A stretch of DNA of 64,000 nt, taken from the NCBI RefSeq assembly GCF_018350175.1, contig NC_058368.1, forward strand, positions 78,804,001 through 78,868,000. The letters run 5' to 3'. The notes below the pieces were generated by a model, which was not told where the DNA came from, ran no database searches, and worked only from the letters and a program-made list of their open reading frames with translations. The DNA is from Felis catus (lineage: Eukaryota). Shown in pieces: positions 39,917 to 53,609 of this stretch (the stretch's first letter is position 1; each line of letters opens with the position of its first letter). The translations under genes and the position numbers were made by a program.

Positions 39917-40130
39917 GGGGCTCCTAGGTGGCTCAGTTGGTTAAGCGTCCAACTTCGGCTCAGGTCATGATCTCATGGTTTGTGAGTTCGAGCCCCACGT
40001 CGGGCTCTGTGCTGACAGCTCGGAGCCTGGAGCCTGCTTCAGATTCTGTGTCTCCCTCTCTCTCTGCGCCTCCCCCGCTCACGCTCTGTCTCTCTCTCTC
40101 AAGAGTAAATAAACATTAAAAAAAATTTTT
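39917..40130 (+). mobile_element. Can-SINE
   Basis: TSD aaaaagattt(t/c)gg(t/c)gt. Confidence 0.95.
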
Positions 40131-40149
40131 AAAAAAGATTTCGGCGTAT

Positions 40150-43100
40150 ATGTAGCTACAGATTCATTTTGTATTTTTTTCTCTCTTTCTCTAAAGGGAA
40201 TCATCCAGGGTGTTCTCTTCTGCCTCTGTCAACTTTCATTCATTGTTATATTTCCGATAATCATCTATCTTGTTGCTGGCAGCAATAGCTACCCATTTTT
40301 CTGTAAAATAAGCTGCTGTATGAATATATCCTAATTTATGTATTTACTCTACGGTTGAGGAACCCTTGAGTTGTCTCCCCTTTTTGGTTTCGAAATATAC
40401 CATTACAATTATGTGACTTGGGTGGATCATACTGTTAGAAACCGTCCTGATGCCTTTTTTGGCAACGTGCGACTATGAGTACGTATTTCTGTGGGGGCCA
40501 CGTGGAGCTTTGTTCGCAGGGCGTGAACCCAGCACGGGAATGGCAGCATCACAGGGACGTTCAGCCTCATAGACACACCCAAATACCTTTTCAGAGTGCT
40601 TACCCACCACACAGCTCAGGATTCCACACCCTGCCCACCCACAGCATACTCAGTCTTATCTGTTGTACTGTTAGTTTTTACGGATTCCGGCCATCTTGGC
40701 AGGTAGTCTGCTATCTCATTGTGGTTTGAGCTCACGTCTTCCCACTCCCTGCTGATGGTGACCTGTAGGTGTGTGTTGCTCACTTGGCCATTTTGGCTCC
40801 GGACATGACTGTTCAGTTATATCGGCATTTAAACGTGAATGGGTCGTGTTACTTTTTGTTATCACTATGTAGGGATTTGTATATATTCAGAATACTCTTT
40901 CTTTGTTAGGTGTACATGTTGTGAGCATTTTCTCCCAGTTGGCGGCTTCCATTTTCGTCTGCAAATAGGTCTATGGAATAGGTGTGCAGAATAGAAGTTT
41001 GCAGTTTTCACAAAATCCTTTACGTTGAGTGTTTTTTTGTGTCCCACTTAAGAAAATTTGGCCTTGGTCATAAAATTTGGCCGAGGCTAGTTTCCTGTAT
41101 TTCCTCTGGCAGTTTGATTGTTTTACCTTTAACATTTAAGGTATGTTACTAGGGTGGAAGTGATTTCACAGTGGTGCAAGAGAAGTGTCCAGAGTAGTGT
41201 TCCCCCACAGCCATAACAAGATGACCACGGGGAGGAGAATACATATTCTGTTGTATGGATGGATCCATTTGTGTCTAAACCAGGACCGAAAGATCTTAAT
41301 AGCTATGGCAGTATGATAGATCTTAACACATGGAAGTCTTCTATATATCATGGAAGGTTAATATCCCTCTTTTGGTTGTGTTTCATTTCTCTGGAACATT
41401 TTTAAATTTTTGGTGTAGAACTCTTGACCCTTTATATTATACCTGTTTCTGGGCATTTTTCAAGTTTTGATGCTATAATGCTATAATAAATGTTATTTTC
41501 TTATGGAAAATTACAAGGGAATTTCATTTTCTTATTGTTTATGACAAATATGGAGATATAATTCGATTGTAATATGCATATTTTATCTGCCAATCTTGCT
41601 AAATTCATATGTAAACATGGATTTATATGGAGATTCTTTGGGATTTTCAGCAGATACCGTTATATGGTATGTAGATAATGGCTTTTGTTTTTCTCTTTTA
41701 AATCTTGATAGCGTCCTTACTTTCTTTTCTTATTTTATTTCATGGGATGGTACTCTTAATAGAAAGATGACTGGAAGTGACAATATTAGGCATCCCTACC
41801 TCGTTTTGGATCCCAGGGCAAAGCTTTCAACGTTTTATCATTAAGCACGTTGTTTGCAGTAACCCTGCCATAGATCTAGTTGAATGTTATTTGATTAACT
41901 TCCTTATATTAATACTTTTCGAAGTTTTTATTATCTTCAGTCAGGAGTGGGCATCGAATACTATTAAATGTTTTCTGACATGTATTGAGATGATCATATG
42001 GCTTTTATTCTTTACTCTTTAGTAGTGGAAAATTTTTTTTAGTATGTATTATTTTTTAAGAAAGAGACAGAGAATAAGCAGGGGAGGGGCAGAGAGACAG
42101 GGAGACACAGAATCTGAAGCAGGCTCCAGGCTCCAAGCTGTCAGCACAGAGCCCGACGCAAGGCTTAAACTCAGACTGTGAGATCATGACCCGAGCTGAA
42201 TTCAGCTGCCCAACTGACTGAGCCACCCAGACATCCCTACTCTTTAGCATTATAAATTGTAACAGTTGGTTTTCTAATATGAAGCCAACCTTGCATTACT
42301 AGAATAAAGCCTACTTGGTTGAAACAGATTATCTGCTGAATGTATTACTGGATTTAATTTGTCAATATTTTGTTCACGATTTTTGCATGTACTTAATGAA
42401 AGAGAAACCTGTAAATTTCCTTTCTTTGAATATACTAGTTAGGTGTGTAATACCAAGTTTAGGCAGGCCTCTTAAATGTAATGGCATTCCTTTTCTGTTA
42501 TATTCTAAAATAATTTGTGTAACATTTATCTTGTTCATTGATGTTGGGAAGAATTCACCAGTGAAGTTTAAATTGTCTTGGTGGAAAGGTTTCTTAGAGA
42601 TTCAAAGTTCTTTTTCAGAAAAATAAAGTCATGAGACATTCTGTATCTTATTGTGTTCCTTTTGGTAAGATGGTGGATTGTTGTCACATTATCACATTAT
42701 CTAAATATCCAGCCACAGTGACTAAAGTATGATTCCTAATATCTCTTCATCTGTTTTCATGTCTGTACTGTCTGTAGTAATGTCGTATTTTGGATACTAG
42801 TAGCTTGTGCCTTTTCTCTTGTCTCCGAAGTCTTGTTAGGGTACTCACCATTTCATTACATTGTTCAAAAGGCCACCTTCTGACTTTTGTTTCTAGACTT
42901 TTAATTTCTACTGTTATACTGATTATTTATTTCTGTATAATTTGATGTAATCGGATGTGCTCCTTGAAAAGGACATTTAGATCATTAATTACCAGCTTTT
43001 CTTCTTTTCTAGCGTTATAAATACCATATCGGGCAATAATTTCCATACTAAATATACCTTCAGTTGCATCTCACAAATTAGGAGATAACCAAAATATTTT

Positions 43101-43900
43101 CTCATTTTCATTGTAGCTCCTTTCTAGGCTCATAGGTTATTTGCAGATGTATTGTATAATTCCTAGACATTTTGTAATTTTCTAGATATCGATTGATAAT
43201 CTCTGTCTTATTTCTGCCATAATCAGAGTACATACTCTGTGTGATTCAAGTCCTTTAAATACAATGGAACTGGTCTGTGATCAATTTCAAAGAATGTATG
43301 TTCTGCAGTTGTTTGCTAACAGTGTTGTGTATAAGTCAGTCAACGTGGTAATTATTTCAACATTCTGTCTGCTTATTCCATGAGTTACTAAAACAAATGG
43401 TTACAAATCCCCACTACTGTGTTGAATTTTTCTCTTTACAGCTGTTTTTGCTTCGTGCATTTTGTGCTAAATTTTAGTCTCATAGAAATTTTAAATTGCC
43501 ATATATTCCTGATTGGTTTAACATGTTATCGTTGTGCAATGTCCCTTTTCATCACTTTTATTTATTTTTTCATGAATTGAGTATTGCTAAATCACATTTT
43601 TGTTATTATCGTTTGCAGGTATATCTTGTTTTATCTTTTTACTTTCTAATTTTCTTAATCCATATATTTAAAGTACTTTAATCCAGTTCATAATCTTTGT
43701 CGTTTAATTAGAGTATTTAGTAGTTTTGCATTTGATGTAATTACTGATGTTTTGGGGTTTAAATCTGTCATTTTATTATTTGGTTTCTATTTATTCCATC
43801 TGTTCTTTGTGCCTTTATATCTCATTACTTGTCTTTTTTTAATCGCAAATTATTTATATTTGCTTTTTTGTACTTTAAATTTGCGTTATGCATCTTATTA
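40150..43900 (-). mobile_element. Long, heavily decayed L1 (L1M-type) in antisense, 3' UTR through ORF2
   Basis: T-rich strand with reverse L1 phrases (tatctcattgtggttt, ttctttgggattttc, aaatgttttctgacatgtattgagatgatcatatgg, agccaaccttgcatt.ctagaataaa.cc.acttgg, gaagaattcaccagtgaag); boundaries approximate. Confidence 0.8.
42033..42237 (-). mobile_element. Can-SINE inserted in old L1
   Basis: Flanks share tactctt(t)tag. Confidence 0.93.
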
Positions 43901-44262
43901 TTGTTCTGTAGCAGCATAGAACTCATTACTTTATTACCTTCAGCATTTTTGGCCATGTGTTTTAATGTTATATTTTTATTCACTCTGATTCTCACAAAGC
44001 CTCTTTAAGAAAATAAATTCTTAGAATCCAGTTATTTGAGTTGTTATGTGGTTGGTGGAACAAGCCTATCAGTTTTATTTTATTTGAATTATATTTTTGT
44101 GTTTCTTTATTTACAAACTCTCCATAGGATCACAAAATGTTAAAATACGGCTTTTATTTGTTCTCTGTATTTTGCACAATTATTTAAAAATTCTATAATT
44201 TTTAATTTTAAGTGTCCTATTTATATAGTCTACTGACTGCTTGTATCCTTTTCTTTTAACAG

Positions 44263-44328
44263 ACTTTTATTGGAGACATCCTCTTGCTTGTTAACCCATT
44301 CAAAGAGCTTCCAATTTATTCCACCATG
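44263..44328 (+). CDS. MYO16: MYO16 internal coding exon TFIGDILLLVNPFKELPIYSTM, 66 nt, phase 0/0
   Basis: ttttaacAG acceptor, ATG|GTGAGT donor; conserved myosin G.IL..VNPFK.LPIY motif; too short for the ORF track. Confidence 0.97.
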
Positions 44329-44887
44329 GTGAGTATAAAATTTTGAATACCATTTAATAATGTAGGGTAACACCCACTAGACGTACCTATCCATATCAAA
44401 TGATCGATTGAGAAGAAACCTGCAAACAATAAGTAAAGTCAGAAACTTCTCAGAAAATTCTAAACTGAATATTTTCATAATAGTGACTTTAATTTGTCCT
44501 GAGACAAAAATGGAACAGGATGTTATTTTTATCAAAAGATTCCTTTGCACTTATAATGTGTAATTTTCCTATAATTGTAGTCACTAGACAGACTTCTAAA
44601 ATTAAATAATGCATTACTCTGTTTTCCATTCCTTCCTGCCTAATTCAAGGTCAGTTGGTGTAAAGTATTTTAACATCATGACCTCTTTCAGAAAAGTTCT
44701 ATGATGTTAGAACCGTAAGAATAAGAAAGGATATTATTGCATTTATACATTTTTCCAAATGACTTTCTACTTTAAATTATGAGACTTTCAAAATTAAAAG
44801 AGCAATTGCTTTTGGAAAATTATTCCAGGCAACTGAAAACACAGTATGATTTTTGAGTAGTAAAAGATCAAAATATCATTGTGCAAG

Positions 44888-44892
44888 CTCTG

Positions 44893-44943
<51 letters not shown>
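44888..44943. repeat. (TCTCTG)n(TC)n microsatellite
   Basis: Direct reading. Confidence 0.9.
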
Positions 44944-44946
<3 letters not shown>

Positions 44947-45419
44947 GTTCACAAGGCTGTTTCCAGTTAAAGCAGAATCCCTCGTAGGGAGCAGGAACAT
45001 GACAAACAGGAGAGAGGAGTAGACACAGGTTCTTGAAACGGACATGCTCAGAGAAGTTGGAGAGGGAGATGGCAAGAGGAAGTGTGGAGAAGAGGGAGAG
45101 GGAGAGGGGAAGGGATAGAGACATCACCTTCTTGAAGCTCCCAAGGAATCATTGAAGAATTCTTACAGAAACACCTCCTGAGAAGGAGAGTGCACCCTAA
45201 CTACCCCAAACTCCACCCTTCTTCCCAAAGTCCCTTCTACTGTTGCTTTGAAACCACTGCCCCTTGCCTACTGTCCTTATTCCACTCGGCCCAATCCCAG
45301 CCTTAGCCCTGGGCAGTCTAACTGTGTGGGTGCATGATAGCCCAGGACAAGAGGGATCAGCAGTTCTACCAGAGGAGTAACATTAGCCTGTGATTATTAG
45401 ATAGACATATGGACTACTC

Positions 45420-45900
45420 GTGTTTTTATTTCTTTTGATGTCAGTTTTTAGTAATTTTGTTTTTCATGGATTCTGTTTCTTACATTTAATCTTCAAAAGT
45501 TTTTGGCATATAATTATTCATGATCCTATTTTTTTAATGTGTGTAGAATTTGAGCGATTTATTTTCATTCCATATGTTGGTAATTTGGGCCTTCTCTGAC
45601 TTTTTAAAATCCATTTGCTAGGAATTTATTGATTGTATTACTCTTTTCAAAGAAAAGCATCTCTTGACTTTTAATTTTTTTCTAGTATATATTTATTTTC
45701 TATATAATTGATTTCTGCTTCTTTATTTTTGTTGTCTCCTTCTTTCTAAGTTCTTGGAGTTTAATTTGGATAGTTGTTTTAAGTTATAACATTATATTTT
45801 GAACTTTTTCCTTTTATAAGTATTTGGGGCTTTTTATTTTGCCTTACACAAGCTTTACAGAATTCTTCATCTTTGGTATTTCATAAGTTCATTATTATTC
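45420..45900 (-). mobile_element. Old L1 fragment, antisense
   Basis: ttttggcatataattattcatga, tttgctaggaatttattgattgtattactcttttcaaagaa. Confidence 0.65.
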
Positions 45901-46337
45901 AATTTAAGAGACAGAGAGAGAGAGAACCCCTGCTATTTAACGTTGATACTTAGTGTGTTGTTCCTGGCTTATATTTATGTTTTTACATTTGATCTTAGAC
46001 TCAGTAAGAATCTTCTGGTGAGACAAAAGCTAGTTTTAACTAATTGAATAAAATATATAGATATATATATTTTATTTAAATGCTTCTATAGACCTAGAGG
46101 TCAAATTCTAAGTATTAGGGAAAATTTAACATAATAAATTATTTTAGTATGGCATTACTTATCATGTTATAATATATAGTGTATCTCAAATGAAACAAGC
46201 CTGTGACTTTGTGGTTTGTTTTTAGGGTGTTAACAGTGTGGCAGTTTTACACCTTCAAATATCAAGCTGTATTTTCAGTTCTTTCAGAAATACACATTAA
46301 TAGAGAAAGGAGAGACACATCAAGAAACATATTTTTA

Positions 46338-46557
46338 GGGGCGCCTGGGTGGCTCAGTCGGTTGAGCGTCCGACTTCGGCTCAGGTCACGATCTCACGGT
46401 CCTTGAGTTCGAGCCCCGCGTTGGGCTCTGGGCTGATGGCTCAGAGCCTGGAGCCTGCTTCCCATTCTGTGTCTCCCTCTCTCTCTGACCCTCCCCCGTT
46501 CATGCTCTGTCTCTGTCTCAAAAATAAATAAACGTTAATAAAAAAAATTTAAAAAAA
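46338..46557 (+). mobile_element. Can-SINE
   Basis: TSD aagaaacatattt. Confidence 0.96.
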
Positions 46558-47027
46558 AAGAAACATATTTCTATATTATTGTAGGAACAAGATATGATAT
46601 ATTGAGATTTTTGCAGGAACAGTTCATTAAAACTTAAAATGGTGAATGCAACATATAACTTATATGTATTATCCTTTATATCTATCATTTCCAACAGACG
46701 CTGGCATAGAAAGTAAGAGGAAAATAAATCTATTTAGGTAAAATATGCACTGATAAAAAGCTTGAGGAAAAAATAAAGAGAAGGGCATCTGTTGGAGACA
46801 CAGCTTTTTAATTTGTGGGTCTAGAAGGATGCATAACAAAAAAGAACATGAAGGAAAAGAAACATTTTTGAGGAAAAACCAGATTCAGGTGAATATGTGA
46901 AGTTTTTGGAGGTTAAATTGAAATAATGTTGAGATTTGACATCGGATGCAAGATTAGGAATAATTCACATGAGTATTTCATTTTGTAAGATTTCTAAGAC
47001 TCATACCACATTTAAGAATGAGGTGGA

Positions 47028-47226
47028 GGGGCACCTGGGTGGCTGAGTTGGTTAAGCAACTCTTGATTTTGGCTCAGGTTATGACCTCATGGTTTGTGAG
47101 TTTGAGCCCCGTGGCGAGCTCTGTGACCGTGTGGAACCTGCTTGGGATTCTCTCTTTCCCTCCCTCTCTGCCCCTCCCCTGCTTGTGCTCTCTCCCTCTC
47201 TCTCAAAATGATAAACATTTTTAAAA
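47028..47226 (+). mobile_element. Can-SINE
   Basis: Flanks share gaatgagg. Confidence 0.9.
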
Positions 47227-49860
47227 AGGAATGAGGGAGAAAAATAATAGAAAGCAATGAAGAAGGAGGCGAGTAAAAGAGGGAGGAGGAACAGGAGGGA
47301 GGAGGGATGGAGAGACAACAGTGACGAGACAGGTGGCGGCCACTAAAGAACCAGATCTAACACATTGTCGAGGTAGTAATCAGAAAGGATGAACTTCTTG
47401 GTGTTTGTATCATTGCGGAAACCAGCGAACAAGTGAACGTCCTGAGGGGGAACACGTCAGCAACAGATACACAATTATCCCCTCAAGCAACAACATCAGG
47501 CTTTTCTCAGGTATTCCTCACCATGACCTTTACCATGGACTTCATAAACCAAAGACCTACCACCTGGACATTTCCCATGTACGAAATGATGACACCATTC
47601 CAGATAAACTACCAGGAGATTACCTCTCAAAATTATGGTTTTGCGTACACAAGGGCACAAAAATGATCGTACCCGTTTTCTTTTCAGCTGCTACTGGCAG
47701 TGAGATTAAGCTGTCCCACTGTGTAAAGTGGCATTAGTGTGGGATGCCTGGCTTAGGGCTTCATTAGCTTTCAGATTCTGATTACCGTCGGTCTCCTAAT
47801 ATTCCCATTGCATGTTCGAGTTTGGCGCGGAGCTGGAGGGACTGAGCAGAGCTCATTGCCTCTGGACGAGTGGGGCTGGAAAGAGACCTGGTGCTGTCTA
47901 GGGCTCATCACGTGGCAGGCCTGCCGCAAAAGTCATCACATATGTCGTCACATAATCACAAAAGGCAACGCAATCAGTATAAGAATTATTATTTCCATTT
48001 GGAGGTGATAAAAACCTCATGTGGATTTAGCAAATTTTCTAAAGCCTTCCACGATGGTAGGGACAGAATTTAAATCCGGGTCACCTAACCCCAGAGCAAA
48101 ATGCGTGACAGACTCTTCTCTCAGCACAAATGCCAAGCCCTCAGGCAATTTTTTAATTATTATATGTCCTCCTCTGTAAAACACTTTTTCAGAATATGTC
48201 ATCTGTATATAGTTATATAGATCATGAGTAGGTAACCCACTCACACAAGTAGAGTGACCTATTCATGCCATACTGTGACGCCAACAGCCCCTGTGAGTCA
48301 CGCTGTTGACGTCAGGGAGGTTCCACGGGTTATGGGATCTGGACAGCTGGGGGGCCTGGGCCTGGCCCTCTCCTCCACTGTGGGACTGCGTGGTTGGTTT
48401 CAAACATCCGAATGGGGCAGGATTCTGCAGTCTCCCAGCAGTTTACTGAGAGGGGTCGTGCATGGTGGAAAGAGGGAGGGAAGATTCTTTAAAAAAGAAA
48501 GACCTTATTCATTAGAACTAGAGAGTCCAGCACAGGGAGGTACCCATGAGTGAGGCTGACGTGATGCCATCCCCCCCATGAGCTACAACAGAACACTTAA
48601 AATTTCCGCCGACCAGAATCCTCTGGTTTCCAGATGATGCAGACGGGGAGAGGATGAGGTGAAGCGGAGAGAGAAGGCACGCGCGAAAGAGAGTGGCTGA
48701 CGCCGATGATATTTGCTGGACCACATGAGAATACGCAATAATGTTAATAATGCCGAAGGCAATGGTAGCCAGTCTAAAGGTTACATGGCTTGTCAGAAAA
48801 CGAGAACCGTGTCAGTGAAAATCTTCAAGCTTCACTAGGAAAAAATAGAATTAATTATTATCTATTTAATATTATTATTAAATTATTGACATTATTATTA
48901 TTGACATTGTTTTGTACTGACATTACATATAAAGCATAGAATCAGCCTCAAGCTAAGTCTTACCAGGTGGTAGAGGTGGAATATTCTACAATGTAAACTC
49001 TAACACTGCATGGAAAGGAGAAGTCTTGTGAGAAAAGAGATCTGAGAAAGGTTATTAGTTAATCATGAAAAAACTTAGATACCCAAGATCCATTACGCCT
49101 TTAATGCCTCGTAAAACTTTGCCTAAATAGAAGATGTGACACTAAGTAGTTTGAAGAAATGGCGTAGGAGTCATATCTGCTCCTGGCTCTCTTCTGTCTG
49201 GCCTTGTTTGTAACATTTAATGAAATTCTCAGCAAGATTTTACAGATTGAGTTTGAAAGCATTCTGTTAGAGTTTGATTAGGCCCGTGTTGGACTTGGGA
49301 TGTGAAATGGTGTTAGTACAAGTGTTCAAAAAGAAGAGATATTTGTCCTACAAGAAAATACAGCTAGGCTAATACTCCCTGGTCAGTTTATGAGTTATAG
49401 TGTATACATTGCTATCATTAATTATTTTGATAGCCATTTTAAATTCTGGAATAACCAAAAATACAAAAATTTGGAAACTATTTCAAATAAAGAAGTCGTA
49501 TTTATTCAAATGCTCTCCTGAGATTGGGATGCAGCTATAAAGAAGTGGTAAGAACACATCGTGCCTTGGTTTAACTGTAACGTTTATTTTCTGTGCAGTA
49601 CAGAAAATAAAGCTATGTTTTAATTATATGGTGTCTTAAATCAGATGGTGTAGTGTGCTATCAACAGAGGCAAATTCCTTTTCATGAGCAATGACAACCA
49701 CTACCCTGAAACTATTATCCTTTCATCTAATCTTTATACATACACACATATAATCACCCCCTCTTATCTGAGCTTTCGCTTTCCATGGTCTCACTTACCC
49801 ACGGTCAGCCAGGGACTGATCTTCCTTCTAATGTAGCATCAGAAAGTCAGTAGTGGCCGT

Positions 49861-50082
49861 GGGAGCCTGGGTGGCTCAGTCGGTTGGGCGTCCAACTTGG
49901 GCTCAGGTCACAATCTCACAGTTCGTGGGTTCGAGCCCCACGTCGGGCTCTGTGCTGACAGCTCAGAGGTTGGAGCCTGGTTTCCATTCTGTGTCTCCCT
50001 CTCTCTCTGCTCCTCCCCCGCTCATGCTCTGTCTCTCTCTCCTTCAAAAGTAAATAAAAACATATTAAAAAATTTAAAAAAA
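49861..50082 (+). mobile_element. Can-SINE inside MER44-like element
   Basis: TSD aaagtcagtagtgg (49843-49856, 50083-50096). Confidence 0.95.
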
Positions 50083-50238
50083 AAAGTCAGTAGTGGTGGC
50101 CTGATGCTACATCACGTGCCTGCGATACTCACTGCACTTTGTCTCATCACATAGGCATTTGATCATCTCTCATCATCCCAAGAAGAAGCGTGAGTACAAG
50201 ACAAGAAGTTATTTTGAGAGAGGGACCATACTCATACT

Positions 50239-50239
<1 letters not shown>

Positions 50240-50269
<30 letters not shown>

Positions 50270-50472
50270 TTAAAATTTTTAAAATGTTTATTTATTTTGA
50301 GAGAGAGAGAGCAGGAGTGGGAGAGGGGCAGAGAGGGAGACACAGAACCCAGAGCAGGCTCCAGGCTCTGAGATGTCAGCACAGAGCCCGACACGGGGCT
50401 TGAACCCACGAACTGCAAGATCGTGACCTCAGTCAAACTTAGAAGCTTAACTGACTGCTATCCAGGCACCCG
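50240..50472 (-). mobile_element. Can-SINE inside MER44-like element, (TTTA)n tail
   Basis: Reverse copy; flanks share acttt(t)att. Confidence 0.92.
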
Positions 50473-51209
50473 CCAACTTTTATTATAGCATATTGTTATA
50501 AGTGTTCCATTTCATTCTTAGTTGTTGTTGGTAATCTTACTGTGCCTAATTTATACATTAAACCTTATCATAGTTCTGTACATAGAGGAAAAAAAGTGTA
50601 TATAGGGTTTGGTATTCTCTGTGGTTTTTGGTGTCCCCTGGGGGTCCTGGAACATATAACTGGTGGATAAGGGGGGTCCTATTGTACACATGCAAGAAAA
50701 AACTGCATATACCATTTTTTTCTGTTTCATTTTTTTTTATTTTTTTCATTATTTTCTGTTTTAATGCATTCAGAGGATACAAACCATATCCATTTACCAA
50801 AAAAAAAAAAAAAAAAAAAGAAAGAAAGAAAATTTTCATTAGTCCCTGTGCTTTCAAAAATATTTATATTGATAGTTTTAGATCTAGATAATTTATTCTA
50901 AATGTCCTATAGTATTTTATCATATTAAAACACAATCACTTATATTCATCCATTAAACCCTATACCCATTTTTAATTATTGCCATGTTTTCTGCTCTTAC
51001 AAAAGAGTTCTAAGAACTGTTTTGTGTGTGCTTTTTTGCCGACATGCAAGGGTTTCTTCAGAGAGATTCGTGGTCAAGCCTACCTTCTTCAGTTTAGAAG
51101 TTGTTGCTAAATCACTGTTCCAGTTAGCAAGAACAACCCTCAGTACTGCAGATGCATTTTTCTAGTGCTGGCGAAAACTTCCTTTTGAAACCAACCCCAC
51201 CGCTAATTA

Positions 51210-51392
51210 GACATGTGACCTTGCACCAGTTGCTAACTTCTTTGCTTCAGTTTCCTCACCTGTAAAAAGGGAGAGGATTCTCATACCCCACTTGTAATTT
51301 CTACAAGAATTAGATGAATAAGTATGAAGTGCTTAGAACAGTAGCAAGCACACATCAAGTATAAGCCATTATTACTGTTATTATTATGATTA
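51210..51392 (+). mobile_element. MIR
   Basis: tgtgaccttg...cttcagtttcctcacctgtaaaa.ggg...gtgcttagaacagt...(tta)n tail. Confidence 0.8.
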
Positions 51393-51395
51393 TTG

Positions 51396-51566
51396 TTTTG
51401 AATGTTTATTTATTTGGGGGGGGGGAGAAGATAGAGGGAGAGGGAGTTCCAAGCAGGTTCTGCTAGGTGTCAGCACAGAGCCTGATGCAGGGCTCGAATT
51501 CACAACTGAGAGATAGTGACCTGAGCCAAAATCAAGGCTTAACCGACTGAGGCACTTAGACACCCC
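51396..51566 (-). mobile_element. Can-SINE in MIR tail, followed by (GAT)n(TAT)n at 51568-51607
   Basis: Reverse head ending gacacccc; trinucleotide run read directly. Confidence 0.85.
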
Positions 51567-51619
51567 TATGATGATGATGATGATGATGATGATGATTATT
51601 ATTATTACTGTGCCATTGA

Positions 51620-52960
51620 TAAAGTTACCAGTATTTTGTATCTATTACCCTACTGTTTGAAATGGGATTTCCTTGGATAACAGAGTTACTGATCTTTTCT
51701 CATGCTTATTAGTTATTCTCTTCTGTTCATATTCTTTGTCCAATTTTCAATTTTATTTCCAGTTTTTCTTTGTAGGCATATATTTGTAGGAGTCATTTAT
51801 AAGACATAGATAATATATGGATTCTATGCACAGCTTAATCACCTCTCTGTCTTTGACTTTTATCATCATTACTGTATGTTTGATGTTTGTGGTAGAAAAG
51901 CAGTTGTCTCATGTGCTGTTGTGATATTAAGTCATCCTTCCCATTATAATTTGTATTTGGGAACTGTATTTACTTATTCCAAAATCATGACAGTATTATT
52001 CTCTTTACTTGTGTAAATGTTTTTTGTTTTGCTGTTTATATTTGGGACTTAAATGCATTTGGAATTCACGTTTACATATCACATGAGCTAGAGATCAGTG
52101 TTTTTTTCCTTTACTAATATCAGTTTTTGAACACCATCCTGTATGACTGATGCATGAAACAGCCCATTTTGTGCCCCAAATCCCCACCCATGTGTGGGCT
52201 TGGGTTGAGTTCTCTAGTCTGTTCCACTGATCTCTTTTTCTGGTCTCTGCACCAGAACCAGTGTTTACAGATTTTGGGTTTTTTGGAGTTTTTATTGAGA
52301 TACAGTACTCATGGATTTATAAGTGTCCAGATGGATACATTTTCATGAGCCCTCAGATCCAGAACATTTCTGGCTCTCCAGAAGCCACACTCTCACTCTT
52401 CTACAATCACTAGTAGCTTGCCAAGGGCATGTGACTTCTTAACAGTGTAGATTAGTTCCACCTGTTTTTATACTTTATCATCGAGAGTGTTCTCTCTGTG
52501 TCTGATAGATTGCACTCAACATCGTGTTTGTACGATTCATCCAATTATTTCTTATAGCTGTAGATCATTTAGTCCATTTAAAAACATCATTCCCTTATGG
52601 TTTTAAATAACTTCAGACATATGAAAAATTTGCAGATAAATAGCACAAACAACTTTTTCTCCCCAACCATTTTCAAATGATTTGCTGGCATGGTATCCCA
52701 TCAACCTTGAGTATATGCCTTGTGCATTTCTAAACATTGTGCATTCACCTGTGTAACCCGCATACCACCATTGGAATTGGGAAATTGTTCCTGATGCAGT
52801 GTGACCATCGAGTCAGGGTGCCTCATTCAGGTCTTTCCCATCACCACATAATGCCCACAGAGCCCAAGACCCAGGCCACCATCACAGGACAGGCACACTG
52901 AGCCTCTAGGCCCTTTTGTCTTGTCTGGATTCATCCTTCTGTCTTCTCCTGAACTTCCCA
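51620..52960 (-). mobile_element. Patchwork of old antisense L1 fragments including two 3' ends
   Basis: tctctagtctgttccactgatct; tttattgagataca; aacttcagacatatgaaaaatttgca..aatagcacaaa; boundaries approximate. Confidence 0.6.
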
Positions 52961-53609
52961 ACCTTGACATCCTTGAGGCTACAGGGAAGTTACTTTGTAA
53001 AGAAATAAATAAAAAAAAAGTATGCAGTTTCTTCATAGCTCAGACACCTCCCTGTCATTTAATGAATAATTCTAATGTAGCAGAATTTACTAGAAACTCA
53101 AAAGGACTAAAAACACTGGAACCATGGCAATCCTCATCAATCACTGTGTCACTGAAATTAAGTTAATTTTTGTTTTTCTGAGAAATTTGTAGATTCTTCT
53201 GTGTTTCAACTGCAACTGCTTTCTATTCGGATTAAAAACCCTTTCTATCTTATGTTACGGAAATGAAATGTCGCCGAGAGACATTGCATTTGATGTAAAT
53301 TAGCCCAGGTTCACCTTACTCCGTGGGTGTCTATTAAACTGGATTTGTGTCAGTTACTCTGCTTAAGGACAGCAGAATAATTTCAAGCCTGTGGACCAAG
53401 TAATTCAGGATCAAGGCTATGCCCCTGGTTTATCATGGTGAACCCTTAAAACGTGCTGAAAGAGCATAATTTCCCAGACGTTTTGTAGTTACAAATGAGA
53501 TTCAAAAATAGACTTTGTCACATTTGTGTATTGGAAAGAAGTCCACTGTGTCCTGAGGTAGATGAGCTGGAGCCTTCTCACAGACGTCTGTGTCCCACAC
53601 ATTTTGCAG

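Larger units (their letters stand above)
49751..50684. mobile_element. MER44/Tigger7-like non-autonomous DNA transposon carrying two SINE insertions
   Basis: Imperfect terminal inverted repeats taatcaccccctcttatc ... ggataaggggggtcctattg with TA flanks; internal tttcgctttcc.tggt.tca.ttacccacggtca and gagtacaagacaagaag.tattttgagagagggacca. Confidence 0.8.

Noticed and set aside
47405..47737. 110-aa ORF in a CA-rich strand suggesting a NUMT or processed pseudogene
   Set aside because: No recognisable mitochondrial or nuclear protein, no poly(A)/TSD; more likely an L2-like relic or unique intron
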